Positions 8,711 to 17,942 of a DNA stretch of 64,000 bases are shown here, in pieces. This DNA comes from a virus (lineage: Duplodnaviria > Heunggongvirae > Uroviricota > Caudoviricetes). The notes under the pieces were generated by a model. It saw nothing but the letters and a program-made list of their open reading frames with translations, was not told where the DNA came from and did no database searches. A program made the position numbers and the translations under genes. The first letter of the stretch is position 1; each line of letters starts with the position of its first letter. The DNA is taken from IMG/VR virus record IMGVR_UViG_3300034126_000013; one strand, written 5' to 3'.

Positions 8711-9298
8711 TTATTTACTCCGAATGATAGAAATGTAGCAGCCTGTGTATTGAATCGTTAATGGCCCGGTTGTGAAAATTTGAGGAACTACACCAAATTG
8801 TCGAGTGTTTTCACGATCCATAAAGAAATGTGTATCTAGTAGATATTGCTCTGTAGCAGCACCGGCACCAGCCATTAGCAAGGTTTGTGGGCCAAGTGGT
8901 AACCGTTCTGATTGTGGACCATCGCCAAAGAAATGACTTATTGTATATTTGAGGTTGTTGACATTTGGGATAACATTGATAATATGTCGGATGTAAACCT
9001 CATCACCAAGCTGCAACTGGTCAAGTAAAATTCTACCCGTATTGGTATCAAGCATTCTAGTTACACCAGTTGGTGCATATTGCGTATTGGTGCCAGAACC
9101 AGCACCATCATTCATAATGGTAGTCCATACATTCGGTGGTATGTCTTGAGTCTCATTTAGGTTGTCATAGCTGAACCACCCAACCTTTTTAGCGGTTCCA
9201 TCAGCTTCAAACAGATGGTCGAAATAACCAGCGTTCACAGCGCCGAGTACACCAACGCGACGTAGTGCCGTAACCAGTGAGTCCTTTGTTACAATCAT
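8711..9298 (-). CDS. fibre-associated protein (~196 aa, start MIVTKDSL)
   Basis: ORF 8711..9328. Promoter P10 -10 lies inside the long form; internal ATG has AAGGAA RBS. Abuts fibre gene by 2 nt. Confidence 0.45.
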   Translation of the reverse strand: MIVTKDSLVTALRRVGVLGAVNAGYFDHLFEADGTAKKVGWFSYDNLNETQDIPPNVWTTIMNDGAGSGTNTQYAPTGVTRMLDTNTGRILLDQLQLGDEVYIRHIINVIPNVNNLKYTISHFFGDGPQSERLPLGPQTLLMAGAGAATEQYLLDTHFFMDRENTRQFGVVPQIFTTGPLTIQYTGCYISIIRSK

Positions 9299-9346
9299 AA
9301 TCGTATTCCTTTTTAAGATGCATGACATGAACGTCTATTATACACC

Positions 9347-9375
9347 CGTTTGTCGGAAATGTAAATAGCAGACAT
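9347..9375 (-). promoter_or_regulatory. sigma70-type promoter P10 (TTTACA-N17-TATAAT) for fibre cassette
   Basis: Minus strand TTTACAtttccgacaaacgggtgTATAAT immediately downstream of terminator hairpin. Confidence 0.45.
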
Positions 9376-9409
9376 GAAAAAGCCTCACCGAAGTGAGGCT
9401 ATATTTTTA
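9376..9409. terminator. bidirectional intrinsic terminator hairpin
   Basis: agcctcaccgaagtgaggct flanked by A-run (minus U-run) and tatattttt. Confidence 0.6.
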
Positions 9410-9685
9410 AGCTTCTCGTGTGAGCTTCCAAAGGTGATTTCCGATCACATCCCCATGCTCATCGTCAATCTCGTCGTACAGACTCTGTGGTAGGAAGTAC
9501 CATCGTTCCTCGACTAGTACCCGACAGTAGACGACCTGCCATTCAATGTCCGTGAAACCCTGTACGTTCCCATCGTTGTCAACCTTCAGAGTGGTTTGCT
9601 TCTCCACTCCAATTATCAGGTCAACTGGTGAAGCTAAGAAGCTTGTCTTAATCTGAGTAAGCTCGACTTCAAAGGCTTCGTTCAT
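9407..9685 (-). CDS. hypothetical protein (92 aa)
   Basis: ORF track. Confidence 0.45.
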   Translation of the reverse strand: MNEAFEVELTQIKTSFLASPVDLIIGVEKQTTLKVDNDGNVQGFTDIEWQVVYCRVLVEERWYFLPQSLYDEIDDEHGDVIGNHLWKLTREA

Positions 9686-9695
9686 TGTGACTCTC

Positions 9696-9899
9696 CTAAT
9701 TTACACGCCGAATGGTTTTGAAAGCATCTGTGAGCGTGCTTTTGGTACGCTCTTTGCCATCCATGCGCAAGACCCGGTACTTACCTCTGCCGAGCTTCAG
9801 TATCATCCCCAGCAAAACCTCACCGTCTTCAGTGTAGACGTGGCGAATGTCGCTACCTACAACACTGCTTACCCGGCTCAGAACTTTATGTTTGCTCAT
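9696..9899 (-). CDS. hypothetical basic protein (67 aa)
   Basis: ORF track. Confidence 0.4.
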   Translation of the reverse strand: MSKHKVLSRVSSVVGSDIRHVYTEDGEVLLGMILKLGRGKYRVLRMDGKERTKSTLTDAFKTIRRVN

Positions 9900-10022
9900 G
9901 ATGTCACCACTGGAATAGAATTAAGAAATTTCGCTAACGCTGGCTTCTTGCCTCCCCCTTCCTGAGATGAACTATAGCTTTGACATTCACCATTGTCTAT
10001 GACCGTTCGTCAGATACGAAAA

Positions 10023-10042
10023 AGCCCCACCGAAGCAGGGCT
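10023..10042 (-). terminator. intrinsic terminator after nrdA
   Basis: agccccaccgaagcagggct hairpin plus minus-strand U-run; motif resembles terminator at 30770. Confidence 0.5.
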
Positions 10043-10050
10043 CAATCACA

Positions 10051-11742
10051 TTACATACAAGCTGTACATTCACCATTGGACGCTTGGACACCAGCCATAC
10101 CGTAGGTATAGTAGACACCATGCATGTTTTCATCCTCGACGATAGACCACATCAAATCACTGATGAATTCCTCTGTCTCATCCGAAGAAAGGAACAGGTT
10201 GAACGACTGCCACTGACACAACCAACGACCACGTTGACTCGCTTGTCGTACCTGTGCATACGGATTGATTTCAAAACCAGTCTTAAACACAATCTTGGCT
10301 TCTGGACTCAACCAGCTCACACCTTGACAGCTACCCATTGCTTCACGTACTTCACGAATACGAGCTTTGGTGTACAAACCATTCGCTTTCAGGTAAGCAA
10401 GGAACTGAGGGTTTACACGATCAACCTCACCAGCGCTTGTACGCTGTGTTTTAACCATACCGTCTTCAGTGTTGATACCTTCGGTGATACCACCCATGAT
10501 AAGAGCCGTAGACTTCGTTGGAGCAAGCGACAGACGGTGCGTGTTAGCGACACCATACCCTTTACACCATTCAGGCTCACCGTATACGCTAGCGATCCAC
10601 TGACTAGCACGAAGACTCTCTTCATTCAGATGCTTAAAGATCGTGTTGTTAAGGAAGGTTGCTTCCAACGATTCGTAAGCAATGAACTTATCCATGTACA
10701 ACGAGTGCAGACCACATGCACCTAGACCCAATGCACGAGACTTCTTAGTGAATCGTACAGCCTTCTCAAGACCAGAGATGTTCTTAGCTCGCTCAATGAA
10801 TTCCTGAGCAACACAATCAAGGAAAACGGTTGCAATGAACACAGCGTCTGTATCTTTCCACTCTTCCCAGAACAATAGGTTCATCGAAGCCAACACACAA
10901 GTGTACGTATGGTCAACATCATTGAACAAACTGATTTCGTTACACAACTGAGCAGCACGAACTTCTAGACCCAAATCCTTATACATCTGAGGACGGTCAC
11001 GGTTCACCTTGTCAGGGAAGTACATGTAACCCTTACCAGTACCCATTCGAGTCTTGTTGATCTTGCAGTAACGCAAGTCAGTCTCGAAGCAACCATCATA
11101 AATGGCCTGAGTGTTCCGGTCGTACCAGTTCCAACCAATGTTGAAGCCGTCATCATGTGCTGCCAGATGGTCAACAACCTCATGGAAGTCACCGTGGTCA
11201 ACAGGCAAGTAGCCAGCAAATGCACCACGTCGGTTAGTACCTTGAGCGACATAGTTCATATCATACTCGATACCCTCAAGTACAGGCAAAACACCCATAC
11301 TCTTACCACCAACGCTAATCGGTGTACCACGTGCTCGAATATCACCCATGTAACCGGCAGTACCGAAACCATGCTTCGTCAACATTGCAACTTCGTGCTT
11401 TGCTTTGTAAATCCCATCAATCGAATCAGGGAAGTAAACACCAGCACAACTTACAGGTAGACCGCGAGTAGTACCTGTGTTAGACAGGATTGGAGTAGAC
11501 GGCGACAACCATCCTTTCCACATGATATCAAAGAACTTCTCGGCCCATGCACTCGGGTCAGGTGTATGACATGCCAGAGTCTTAGCGATTCGTTGGTATT
11601 GGTCACGAGGAGTAGCAGCTTGATACAGGTACTTCTCTTTGAACAACTGCCAACTTGCTGTGGACCAGTGATGAGGGATAGTCCCGGCTGCCTGCATCCG
11701 CTTGCGTTCTTTACTCAGTGAATCATATGTAATTGCTGTCAT
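10051..11742 (-). CDS. nrdA: ribonucleotide reductase large subunit (class I, short form without obvious ATP cone)
   Basis: QLCNEISL (NxCxE catalytic motif) and C-terminal CTAC cysteine pair; adjacent to NrdB. Confidence 0.8.
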   Translation of the reverse strand: MTAITYDSLSKERKRMQAAGTIPHHWSTASWQLFKEKYLYQAATPRDQYQRIAKTLACHTPDPSAWAEKFFDIMWKGWLSPSTPILSNTGTTRGLPVSCAGVYFPDSIDGIYKAKHEVAMLTKHGFGTAGYMGDIRARGTPISVGGKSMGVLPVLEGIEYDMNYVAQGTNRRGAFAGYLPVDHGDFHEVVDHLAAHDDGFNIGWNWYDRNTQAIYDGCFETDLRYCKINKTRMGTGKGYMYFPDKVNRDRPQMYKDLGLEVRAAQLCNEISLFNDVDHTYTCVLASMNLLFWEEWKDTDAVFIATVFLDCVAQEFIERAKNISGLEKAVRFTKKSRALGLGACGLHSLYMDKFIAYESLEATFLNNTIFKHLNEESLRASQWIASVYGEPEWCKGYGVANTHRLSLAPTKSTALIMGGITEGINTEDGMVKTQRTSAGEVDRVNPQFLAYLKANGLYTKARIREVREAMGSCQGVSWLSPEAKIVFKTGFEINPYAQVRQASQRGRWLCQWQSFNLFLSSDETEEFISDLMWSIVEDENMHGVYYTYGMAGVQASNGECTACM

Positions 11743-12752
11743 TGTGCTACTTCCTCAACTTTACGGCGGATACGGCTGAAACCTTCTAGGTTCCAATCCC
11801 TTGAATACTGATTTCCTTTACTGTTGAAGAAATCGTTGGAGCTATAACCAGTGATACCTTTGTAGAACCACTCTTGAATCACATCATTCTTAATCTCAAA
11901 CAGTGGTGCGTAACCCAAGTTGCTCAAGCAAAGGTTGATACGATGCATTGCAAACTCTTCGAGTTGATGAGCAGTGATACCATCGATTGGACCCTTCTCA
12001 AAAATCTTAGCGATAATGATCTTCTCATGCTCAAGTACCTTGTGAGCACCCGCATAAATATCAAACTCAAGTCGTGCTTCCTCTTCTGGCGTAATCTCAC
12101 CAGCTTCACGTTTCTCAGCCAACAATGTACGGAACAACCACGCAGCAGCCAAACTGTGCAAGTGTTCATCACGAGCCGAAAAGTTGATACCACTCACCAT
12201 GTTTACAAGCTTGTTCTTACCCGAAGACTGGAAGTGCTTCAAGTATGCGAAGCTTGAGTACAGAATCGCTCCCTCACCAAATGTGAAACCACCTAGTGCA
12301 CGAAGATCATCAGCCTCTTCCAATGTATCCGTCAGGAAGTCGATACGTGCCTTCAAGTCTGGATCGTTGATGTAATCGTTGTAGAAATCATCAGTTGCCA
12401 AACCAAGCTCTTCGTTCAATGTCTTATAGAAGAACTGGTGGATACCAAGTTCAACACCACCGAACGTTGCAGCCATTGGTTGAATGTCGGCAGGACGTGG
12501 GAACTTTTTCATTACCCAGTTCAACCAGAACTCGTTACCAATAATCCATTCATACTTAGTGAACAATTTCAGTGTGGTTACAACACCATGTCGCTCAGCG
12601 TCACTAAGGTTGACAAGGAAATCTTGCTTGTCCTTATGTACCTTTACTTCAAAGTGTGGCCAATAAATGGATTGTTGTTGATTCATGAACTCAATAGCTT
12701 CAGGATAATCAACCGTGAAAGTGTCTTTCGGTGTTTGCATTCTCACGGTCAT
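11739..12752 (-). CDS. nrdB: ribonucleotide reductase small subunit
   Basis: Ferritin-like di-iron motifs (..SARDEHLHS.., ELGIHQFF); 4-nt overlap with nrdA. Confidence 0.8.
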   Translation of the reverse strand: MTVRMQTPKDTFTVDYPEAIEFMNQQQSIYWPHFEVKVHKDKQDFLVNLSDAERHGVVTTLKLFTKYEWIIGNEFWLNWVMKKFPRPADIQPMAATFGGVELGIHQFFYKTLNEELGLATDDFYNDYINDPDLKARIDFLTDTLEEADDLRALGGFTFGEGAILYSSFAYLKHFQSSGKNKLVNMVSGINFSARDEHLHSLAAAWLFRTLLAEKREAGEITPEEEARLEFDIYAGAHKVLEHEKIIIAKIFEKGPIDGITAHQLEEFAMHRINLCLSNLGYAPLFEIKNDVIQEWFYKGITGYSSNDFFNSKGNQYSRDWNLEGFSRIRRKVEEVAQ

Positions 12753-12755
12753 AAC

Positions 12756-13001
12756 TTAAACTCCAATATGTAGCAGAAGAGAATCAATAGTCATCTTAGA
12801 ACTACCGGTAAAAATATGTGTACCATCACTTGCTTCCAATACAACAGTGGGGACAGAGCGAACACCATGTTTCTGTGCTTCTTCCATATGTTCAACGTTC
12901 ATTACGTCACGCTCTACAAACTCAACACCTTTCTGTTTAAGAACAGTCTTAACAGTTGTGCAACCCGCACAGTTTTCCATACCAAATACGATTACTTCCA
13001 T
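12756..13001 (-). CDS. nrdH: glutaredoxin-like protein NrdH (81 aa)
   Basis: CAGC redox motif in thioredoxin-fold-sized protein immediately upstream of nrdB. Confidence 0.65.
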   Translation of the reverse strand: MEVIVFGMENCAGCTTVKTVLKQKGVEFVERDVMNVEHMEEAQKHGVRSVPTVVLEASDGTHIFTGSSKMTIDSLLLHIGV

Positions 13002-13441
13002 TATTTCACCTCACTCAAGTCTACTTTAATATCAACCAATGTAACAAACTTAGCTGCCTGTTCCATCATTACTTCATTCAATGCACTGTCTTCATTCAGA
13101 CACTGACGCATACCAGTGGCTCGAATACTATCGTGAGTGTTACGTACAATGTCAGAGGTATCCATCATGTTATCAGTCCACCACTTGTCACTACGCTCAC
13201 GGAAGCCAACACGCACACCGTATTCAACTTTGTTTGTCATACGACTCCGATACAAACAAACTCGGAAGTCATAACCGAAGTCTAAGTCTGCACCTAGATC
13301 ATGCAGAATCTTTTCAAATGCTTTTTGGTCTTGTCCTAGCCACGCCTTCTCCCAAAGAGGGTGACGTTCCATGTCAAGTTGTCCAAGGTATTGATCGAAC
13401 TCCATCGGTTGATCAAACTTCTCTACGGCCAGCTCACTCAT
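13001..13441 (-). CDS. hypothetical protein (~146 aa, start MSELAVEKF)
   Basis: ORF 13001..13462 (GTG); ATG with ATGA overlap to upstream small ORF preferred. Confidence 0.4.
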   Translation of the reverse strand: MSELAVEKFDQPMEFDQYLGQLDMERHPLWEKAWLGQDQKAFEKILHDLGADLDFGYDFRVCLYRSRMTNKVEYGVRVGFRERSDKWWTDNMMDTSDIVRNTHDSIRATGMRQCLNEDSALNEVMMEQAAKFVTLVDIKVDLSEVK

Positions 13442-13608
13442 CGAATACTCTCCATTGCACACTGATCAACAGCATTATAAACATCTTTGTAATCTAGTTG
13501 TTTTTCAAACTTAATCACTTGTTCTTTTGTAAATCCTTTTGACTCAAGAGTATCGTAAAAAGTAAACCATGCCTCTTCTACAGCGGTCATTGCTTGTGTG
13601 AAATCCAT
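13438..13608 (-). CDS. small protein (~56 aa, MDFTQAMTAVEEAWFTFYD...)
   Basis: Not in track; AAGGAG RBS; ATGA coupling. Confidence 0.35.
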   Translation of the reverse strand: MDFTQAMTAVEEAWFTFYDTLESKGFTKEQVIKFEKQLDYKDVYNAVDQCAMESIR

Positions 13609-13617
13609 AAATACTCC

Positions 13618-14667
13618 TTAACCCTTCTTAACGTGATTTGGTACAAGTTGACGATGTTGGATAAAACCTTTCAGGTTACCAGAACAAAACTGACCGTCAC
13701 GATCCATATGTGTAATACCTTCTTGCCATGTTTGTGGATTCATTTGGTTCAAGTTCTTACCAAAGTAGTAACGCTCACCATTACCATAATCGTTACATGT
13801 CAGTTCGTCAGCAGATGCAATTGGTGTGGCTTGGTGTTCCAAAGGACTAGCATGAACAGGTTGATCAGGTTCTTCACCTTGTAAGTTCAAACGAGCAACA
13901 ACACCACGAGCTTTCTCAATCGTATCATCCAGCTTACGATAGCTAACTTGCGCAGAACACGAGCTAGAGATAATCAAAGCATGTTCAAGACTATGACCGA
14001 ACTTATCAACATACAGTTCAGGATGATCTTTAAACTCAATTGGTTGTACAATTGCAGGAACCCACTGACCATCGTTGTAGTAAGGAACATGCCAATGACC
14101 GGGTTGCAATACAACTGGAACACTTGCTTCATATGCTGCTTTGATCTTGCGTGCCAATGCTGCAATAGTTGGGTCAGCCATGAAATGATCACGCAGCCAG
14201 AAGAAGTTATTCAACTCAGTCGCGGTCATTACAACTTTCATCATCTGCCAAGGTTCGATCAGACGATTACAAACCTGCTTGGCATAACCAGCAATGTGAA
14301 ACAGTTCCGAGTATTCAGAAACTTTCTTACCAATGTACGCCCATGCTTCGTGTGGACCGAGGACAATCTGATTACCTTCCTCATCACTCTCATTGAAGTA
14401 GATCAGGTCATTGTGTTCACCCTTGTCTTGCATACCTGTGTTTGCTGCACCATAACGGTCCAGATATGCAGGGTTCTCACGTACTTGCTTCAGCATAGTG
14501 CTTACTGGAATGGCACGGGAGGAGCTTGCATTCTTGGAAAGAGCATTGTGTGTGTTGAATTCTGCGAGTACCGGTCGAGGAAATTCTAGTTCAAAGGTGA
14601 CGATTTCCTTACCAGTTACTGACGACTTGCTATGTGCGATGACTGTTGCTTTAGTTTGATCTACCAC
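13618..14667 (-). CDS. ThyX-like (Thy1 family) protein with divergent substrate-binding motif
   Basis: Segment IVTFELEFPRPVLAEFNTHNALSKNASSSRA aligns to ThyX ..[15 protein letters not shown] with His/Ser/Ser/Arg kept but RHR->THN; 349 aa. Confidence 0.4.
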   Translation of the reverse strand: MVDQTKATVIAHSKSSVTGKEIVTFELEFPRPVLAEFNTHNALSKNASSSRAIPVSTMLKQVRENPAYLDRYGAANTGMQDKGEHNDLIYFNESDEEGNQIVLGPHEAWAYIGKKVSEYSELFHIAGYAKQVCNRLIEPWQMMKVVMTATELNNFFWLRDHFMADPTIAALARKIKAAYEASVPVVLQPGHWHVPYYNDGQWVPAIVQPIEFKDHPELYVDKFGHSLEHALIISSSCSAQVSYRKLDDTIEKARGVVARLNLQGEEPDQPVHASPLEHQATPIASADELTCNDYGNGERYYFGKNLNQMNPQTWQEGITHMDRDGQFCSGNLKGFIQHRQLVPNHVKKG

Positions 14668-14735
14668 GTTTATCTCTCCTTTCGTATGACAGGGTGACCA
14701 TTATATATGAATCACCCAGATATTGCAAGACCTAA

Positions 14736-15002
14736 TTAGTACAAATCAGTCATTAAATCCAAAACATTGTAAATTGCTTTCTCTTGCTCAATCTCTTCAC
14801 GAGTCGCTAGTCGAATTCTTTCAAATGGACCATATCGCAATTCGTTTCCACCACGCATCCAATACCCACCGTGAATTGGACTGTTATGAGGAACACCAAT
14901 TGAAGCTTTCCAGTCTTCCAACATTTGCAACATAACATTTGTTGGATTGATTATTACATCAACCGTTGTTTCACCTTCATTTCGCGAAGCGGATATGATC
15001 AT
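14736..15002 (-). CDS. hypothetical protein (88 aa)
   Basis: ORF track. Confidence 0.45.
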   Translation of the reverse strand: MIISASRNEGETTVDVIINPTNVMLQMLEDWKASIGVPHNSPIHGGYWMRGGNELRYGPFERIRLATREEIEQEKAIYNVLDLMTDLY

Positions 15003-15688
15003 TGAATTTTACCTGCGAGGATGAGTTCCAGTTCAGCCAAACTATTGAACACTTTGTGAGCCGCGTGAAGCAAGTTGCTTTCATGGTCAGTTCGTTCAAT
15101 TGCAGGAGTACCTTCAGCCTTCATAATGCTGTTATCGTTTTGGTGGCGACACTCAGCCGAAGGGAATGCAATATCCGCATTAGGCAAGTTACGCCAGTCA
15201 TGTAGCTTGTAACCCTTTGCATCGGCTGCCCAAGTCATAACCTTTGCAACTTCACGCAATGCCCGAGGGAAACCGTCGATCACCATATGCATTCCGACTT
15301 TACCAACCTTACGGTCTTCAAGGTTTGGACGATACATACCAAGTTCATCAGACTTCACTTCTAGAGTTGTTACAGGTACAGTGTCATTGCTGCCGATTGC
15401 ACCTAAATGGAACCCTCGTCCCATTCCAGCTAGAACAGTTGGTTGATTCAAAGACCATTCACCTGAAACTTGATTGCAGCCAGCGAAGAACTTATCCTCA
15501 ACCTTTTCAAAGTCTTCAGGCCAATTTTCAACAGCCTCAATGTCAATAGTTTTGTTATCTGGATTGATATAACTATCGAAGTCATCATCTTCCTTGATAA
15601 TTGTGAGGAGTGAGTCAAATGCAAGTCCAGTGTCTTTTAACCAATTATCGAAATCATTTACAACTTTTACTTTATCACCAATGTTCAT
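14999..15688 (-). CDS. dATP/dGTP diphosphohydrolase-N-like domain protein (229 aa)
   Basis: C-terminal half PRALREVAKVMTWAADAKGY..HDWRN..ECRHQ..ERTDHESNLLHAAHKVFNSLAELEL matches the phage dNTP-pyrophosphohydrolase N-domain family often fused to MazG. Confidence 0.4.
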   Translation of the reverse strand: MNIGDKVKVVNDFDNWLKDTGLAFDSLLTIIKEDDDFDSYINPDNKTIDIEAVENWPEDFEKVEDKFFAGCNQVSGEWSLNQPTVLAGMGRGFHLGAIGSNDTVPVTTLEVKSDELGMYRPNLEDRKVGKVGMHMVIDGFPRALREVAKVMTWAADAKGYKLHDWRNLPNADIAFPSAECRHQNDNSIMKAEGTPAIERTDHESNLLHAAHKVFNSLAELELILAGKIQ

Positions 15689-16233
15689 TACTTGGCTCCT
15701 CGCAGATGTTTAGGAACAAATTGACGAAGGTTTGGTTCACGGAAGCAGTCAGGCTTCATGATTTTACCGTTGCTCAAACGCTTCAGGATATAAGTAGTTG
15801 GTTGACCTTCAGCCGATGGTGCAATCTGTACTACAACTTCGTCACCAAGAGCTTCTGTGTGACGTTTAGCGCTCGCCAACATCATGTCTAGGTCAGTGCT
15901 AAACTTCGAGTTGTTCGAAGTACACACCTCATTCCACGCAGCCTCAAGGTCAATACCAAGTGCTTCAAGATACACACCGATCTGATCGTTTACAAAACGA
16001 GTATCAAGGTGACCATCCAACATCTCTTGAACAGAACCGATATCGAAACCATCTCGTACTTCGTTAGCCTCTTCAATCAGGAAGTTAGATTGACGACCGA
16101 TACGTTTAATAGTCTCTTGATCAGTTGCACCCGGAGAGTTCAACATCACTTCATTCCAGCGACGAACTTCCTCGGTGTATTTCTGGTAGCTATTCACTTG
16201 CACATTCACTGTCAGGTTATTAATTGTTGCCAT
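15688..16233 (-). CDS. MazG-like nucleoside triphosphate pyrophosphohydrolase (181 aa)
   Basis: LIEEANEV (EExxE metal motif) and ..YLEALGIDLEAAWNEV..NNSKF.. MazG-type helices. Confidence 0.55.
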   Translation of the reverse strand: MATINNLTVNVQVNSYQKYTEEVRRWNEVMLNSPGATDQETIKRIGRQSNFLIEEANEVRDGFDIGSVQEMLDGHLDTRFVNDQIGVYLEALGIDLEAAWNEVCTSNNSKFSTDLDMMLASAKRHTEALGDEVVVQIAPSAEGQPTTYILKRLSNGKIMKPDCFREPNLRQFVPKHLRGAK

Positions 16234-16444
16234 TTTGAATCATCTCCTTTTGTTTGTTAAAGTAGCGACGGATTGTATAACCACGACCGATACTCCATAG
16301 TGTGCAAAGTAATGTAGTAGCTACACCGATTGCGACTTTATCTGTTAACACTTCCAGACACAGCATGGTAATCATAAAACTACCAGCCATGCCCACGAAT
16401 GTGTTAGTCAGTGTCTCTTTCAAACTCTGACGTTTGGATTGCAT
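16220..16444 (-). CDS. small membrane protein (74 aa)
   Basis: ORF track; two hydrophobic segments. Confidence 0.45.
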   Translation of the reverse strand: MQSKRQSLKETLTNTFVGMAGSFMITMLCLEVLTDKVAIGVATTLLCTLWSIGRGYTIRRYFNKQKEMIQNGNN

Positions 16445-16453
16445 TTACACCTC

Positions 16454-17389
16454 TTAGATGTTTGCCAACAGTTGCTGACGTTTCTCTTTGGACAATTCAT
16501 TCACACGACTACGACGTTGAACACCAGTATTCACGTTGCGATAACGCTTGTACTTCGCCAAGTTGGTGTAATGGAAACCGTCTTCTACCCACTCAGACAT
16601 GTCGAGAACATCATCAACATACACATCGAAGTTCGGCAACTTACTATCCCACGAAGACAACACGTTGTAAAGCGCTTCAGTAGCCAGTACGTCGTCACGG
16701 TTGTAACGCTCCATAGTTTCCCATGCGAGGATGTTGTTCTTCAGACACTCAACCCATAGAGTGTGACCCGGAAACTCGTTGTGACCATCCTTGACGTGTT
16801 CTGGACACAGACGTGCTGCCATGTACTCAAGCTTGTTCGAAGTGAATCCGAACTGCTCTTTCGCTTGAACCATCGTATCAATTTGACGGTAAGTGCTTGG
16901 CTTCGGGAAACCATTCAGAACGAAACGTGCGTTCACTTTCTTGGTGTCGAATCGACGGATGTTCTGACCTACAACAATGTCAGCCTCATTCAACATCGAC
17001 CACAACTTCGAAAGAATGTAAGTGTCATCCTGAGGGTCATCTGCATCACGTTGATCGAAGTAGAAGATTTCATCCTCACCCAACCACTTTGCACAGAACG
17101 AAAGCATGTACCAATCAGCTTCAATCTGATTCAGACCAACGTTGTTATCCCAAAGCTTCCATACGTGAGCCAGAATCGGTGCTGTCTCGATATCGTAAAT
17201 CAGGATACGTGGACCCTTTGGAATGAAATCACCTTCGAGAACTGGTAGCCCAGCGTCAACCTTCTTGAAGAAGTCATTGACAGTTGATTTACTACCAAGA
17301 CCTAAGGTCTGAGCAATACGACGACTACCGAAACCGTAACCGCGAAGTTCCAGTGCTTGTTTGTGCCATTGCTTTTCATACTTAATCAT
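16454..17389 (-). CDS. DEDD-family 3'-5' exonuclease with N-terminal HTH-like region
   Basis: ILIYDIETAP (Exo I DxE), VVGQNIRRFDTKKV (Exo II), later H/D motif. Confidence 0.6.
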   Translation of the reverse strand: MIKYEKQWHKQALELRGYGFGSRRIAQTLGLGSKSTVNDFFKKVDAGLPVLEGDFIPKGPRILIYDIETAPILAHVWKLWDNNVGLNQIEADWYMLSFCAKWLGEDEIFYFDQRDADDPQDDTYILSKLWSMLNEADIVVGQNIRRFDTKKVNARFVLNGFPKPSTYRQIDTMVQAKEQFGFTSNKLEYMAARLCPEHVKDGHNEFPGHTLWVECLKNNILAWETMERYNRDDVLATEALYNVLSSWDSKLPNFDVYVDDVLDMSEWVEDGFHYTNLAKYKRYRNVNTGVQRRSRVNELSKEKRQQLLANI

Positions 17390-17391
17390 TG

Positions 17392-17553
17392 AAGCTCCTT
17401 ATCAATTGTATTCATAATGTCTGTGATATCCCAATGAATTGCAACTACAAGTTCGTCATCTTGATCATCACAATCATCAAGTTGTTCTCTTGCGCTTGCT
17501 AACTCACCAAGGCAGTTTAATAATGCATGTCTTTTGTCATCGGTCATTTAGAC
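17392..17553 (-). CDS. small acidic protein (~53 aa)
   Basis: Not in track; ATG directly after upstream TAA; stop overlaps exonuclease start (ATGA). Confidence 0.3.
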
Positions 17554-17757
17554 ACCAGCATCAATCAATGCTTGAACATAACGCTGAAGACTAACTGCTT
17601 CTTGATTACGTTCAACGGCGTAAACGTTCATGACGTTCTTCAAATTCACACCGACACTGTTAACATCATCAATGAACAAAGCAACTGCTTCACTCTCAGT
17701 ATCAGCCGTAACCAAGTGAACGTATGTATCAGACTCACCGTAAATTGCAAAACTCAT
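17548..17757 (-). CDS. hypothetical protein (69 aa)
   Basis: ORF track. Confidence 0.4.
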   Translation of the reverse strand: MSFAIYGESDTYVHLVTADTESEAVALFIDDVNSVGVNLKNVMNVYAVERNQEAVSLQRYVQALIDAGV

Positions 17758-17942
17758 TTGGATACCCTCAGATTACGTAGTTGAATACAAGTGCTGTTTG
17801 AATGAAGTTTGCAACTGCTTCAAGCATGACATATGTGTTTGTGTTCATTCGTATACTCCAAATTGAAGCTCAAGATTTTTAATACGAATCTCAAGCTCTG
17901 AAATCTTTGAAAGTAGAAGCTTCAATGTCTCTTCTGATACTT

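Noticed and set aside
10051-11742. NrdA being too short to be a class I RNR alpha
   Set aside because: The shortness (563 aa versus about 760) is explained by absence of the N-terminal ATP-cone. The catalytic NxCxE-type motif (QLCNEISL) and C-terminal Cys pair are present, so the call is kept.
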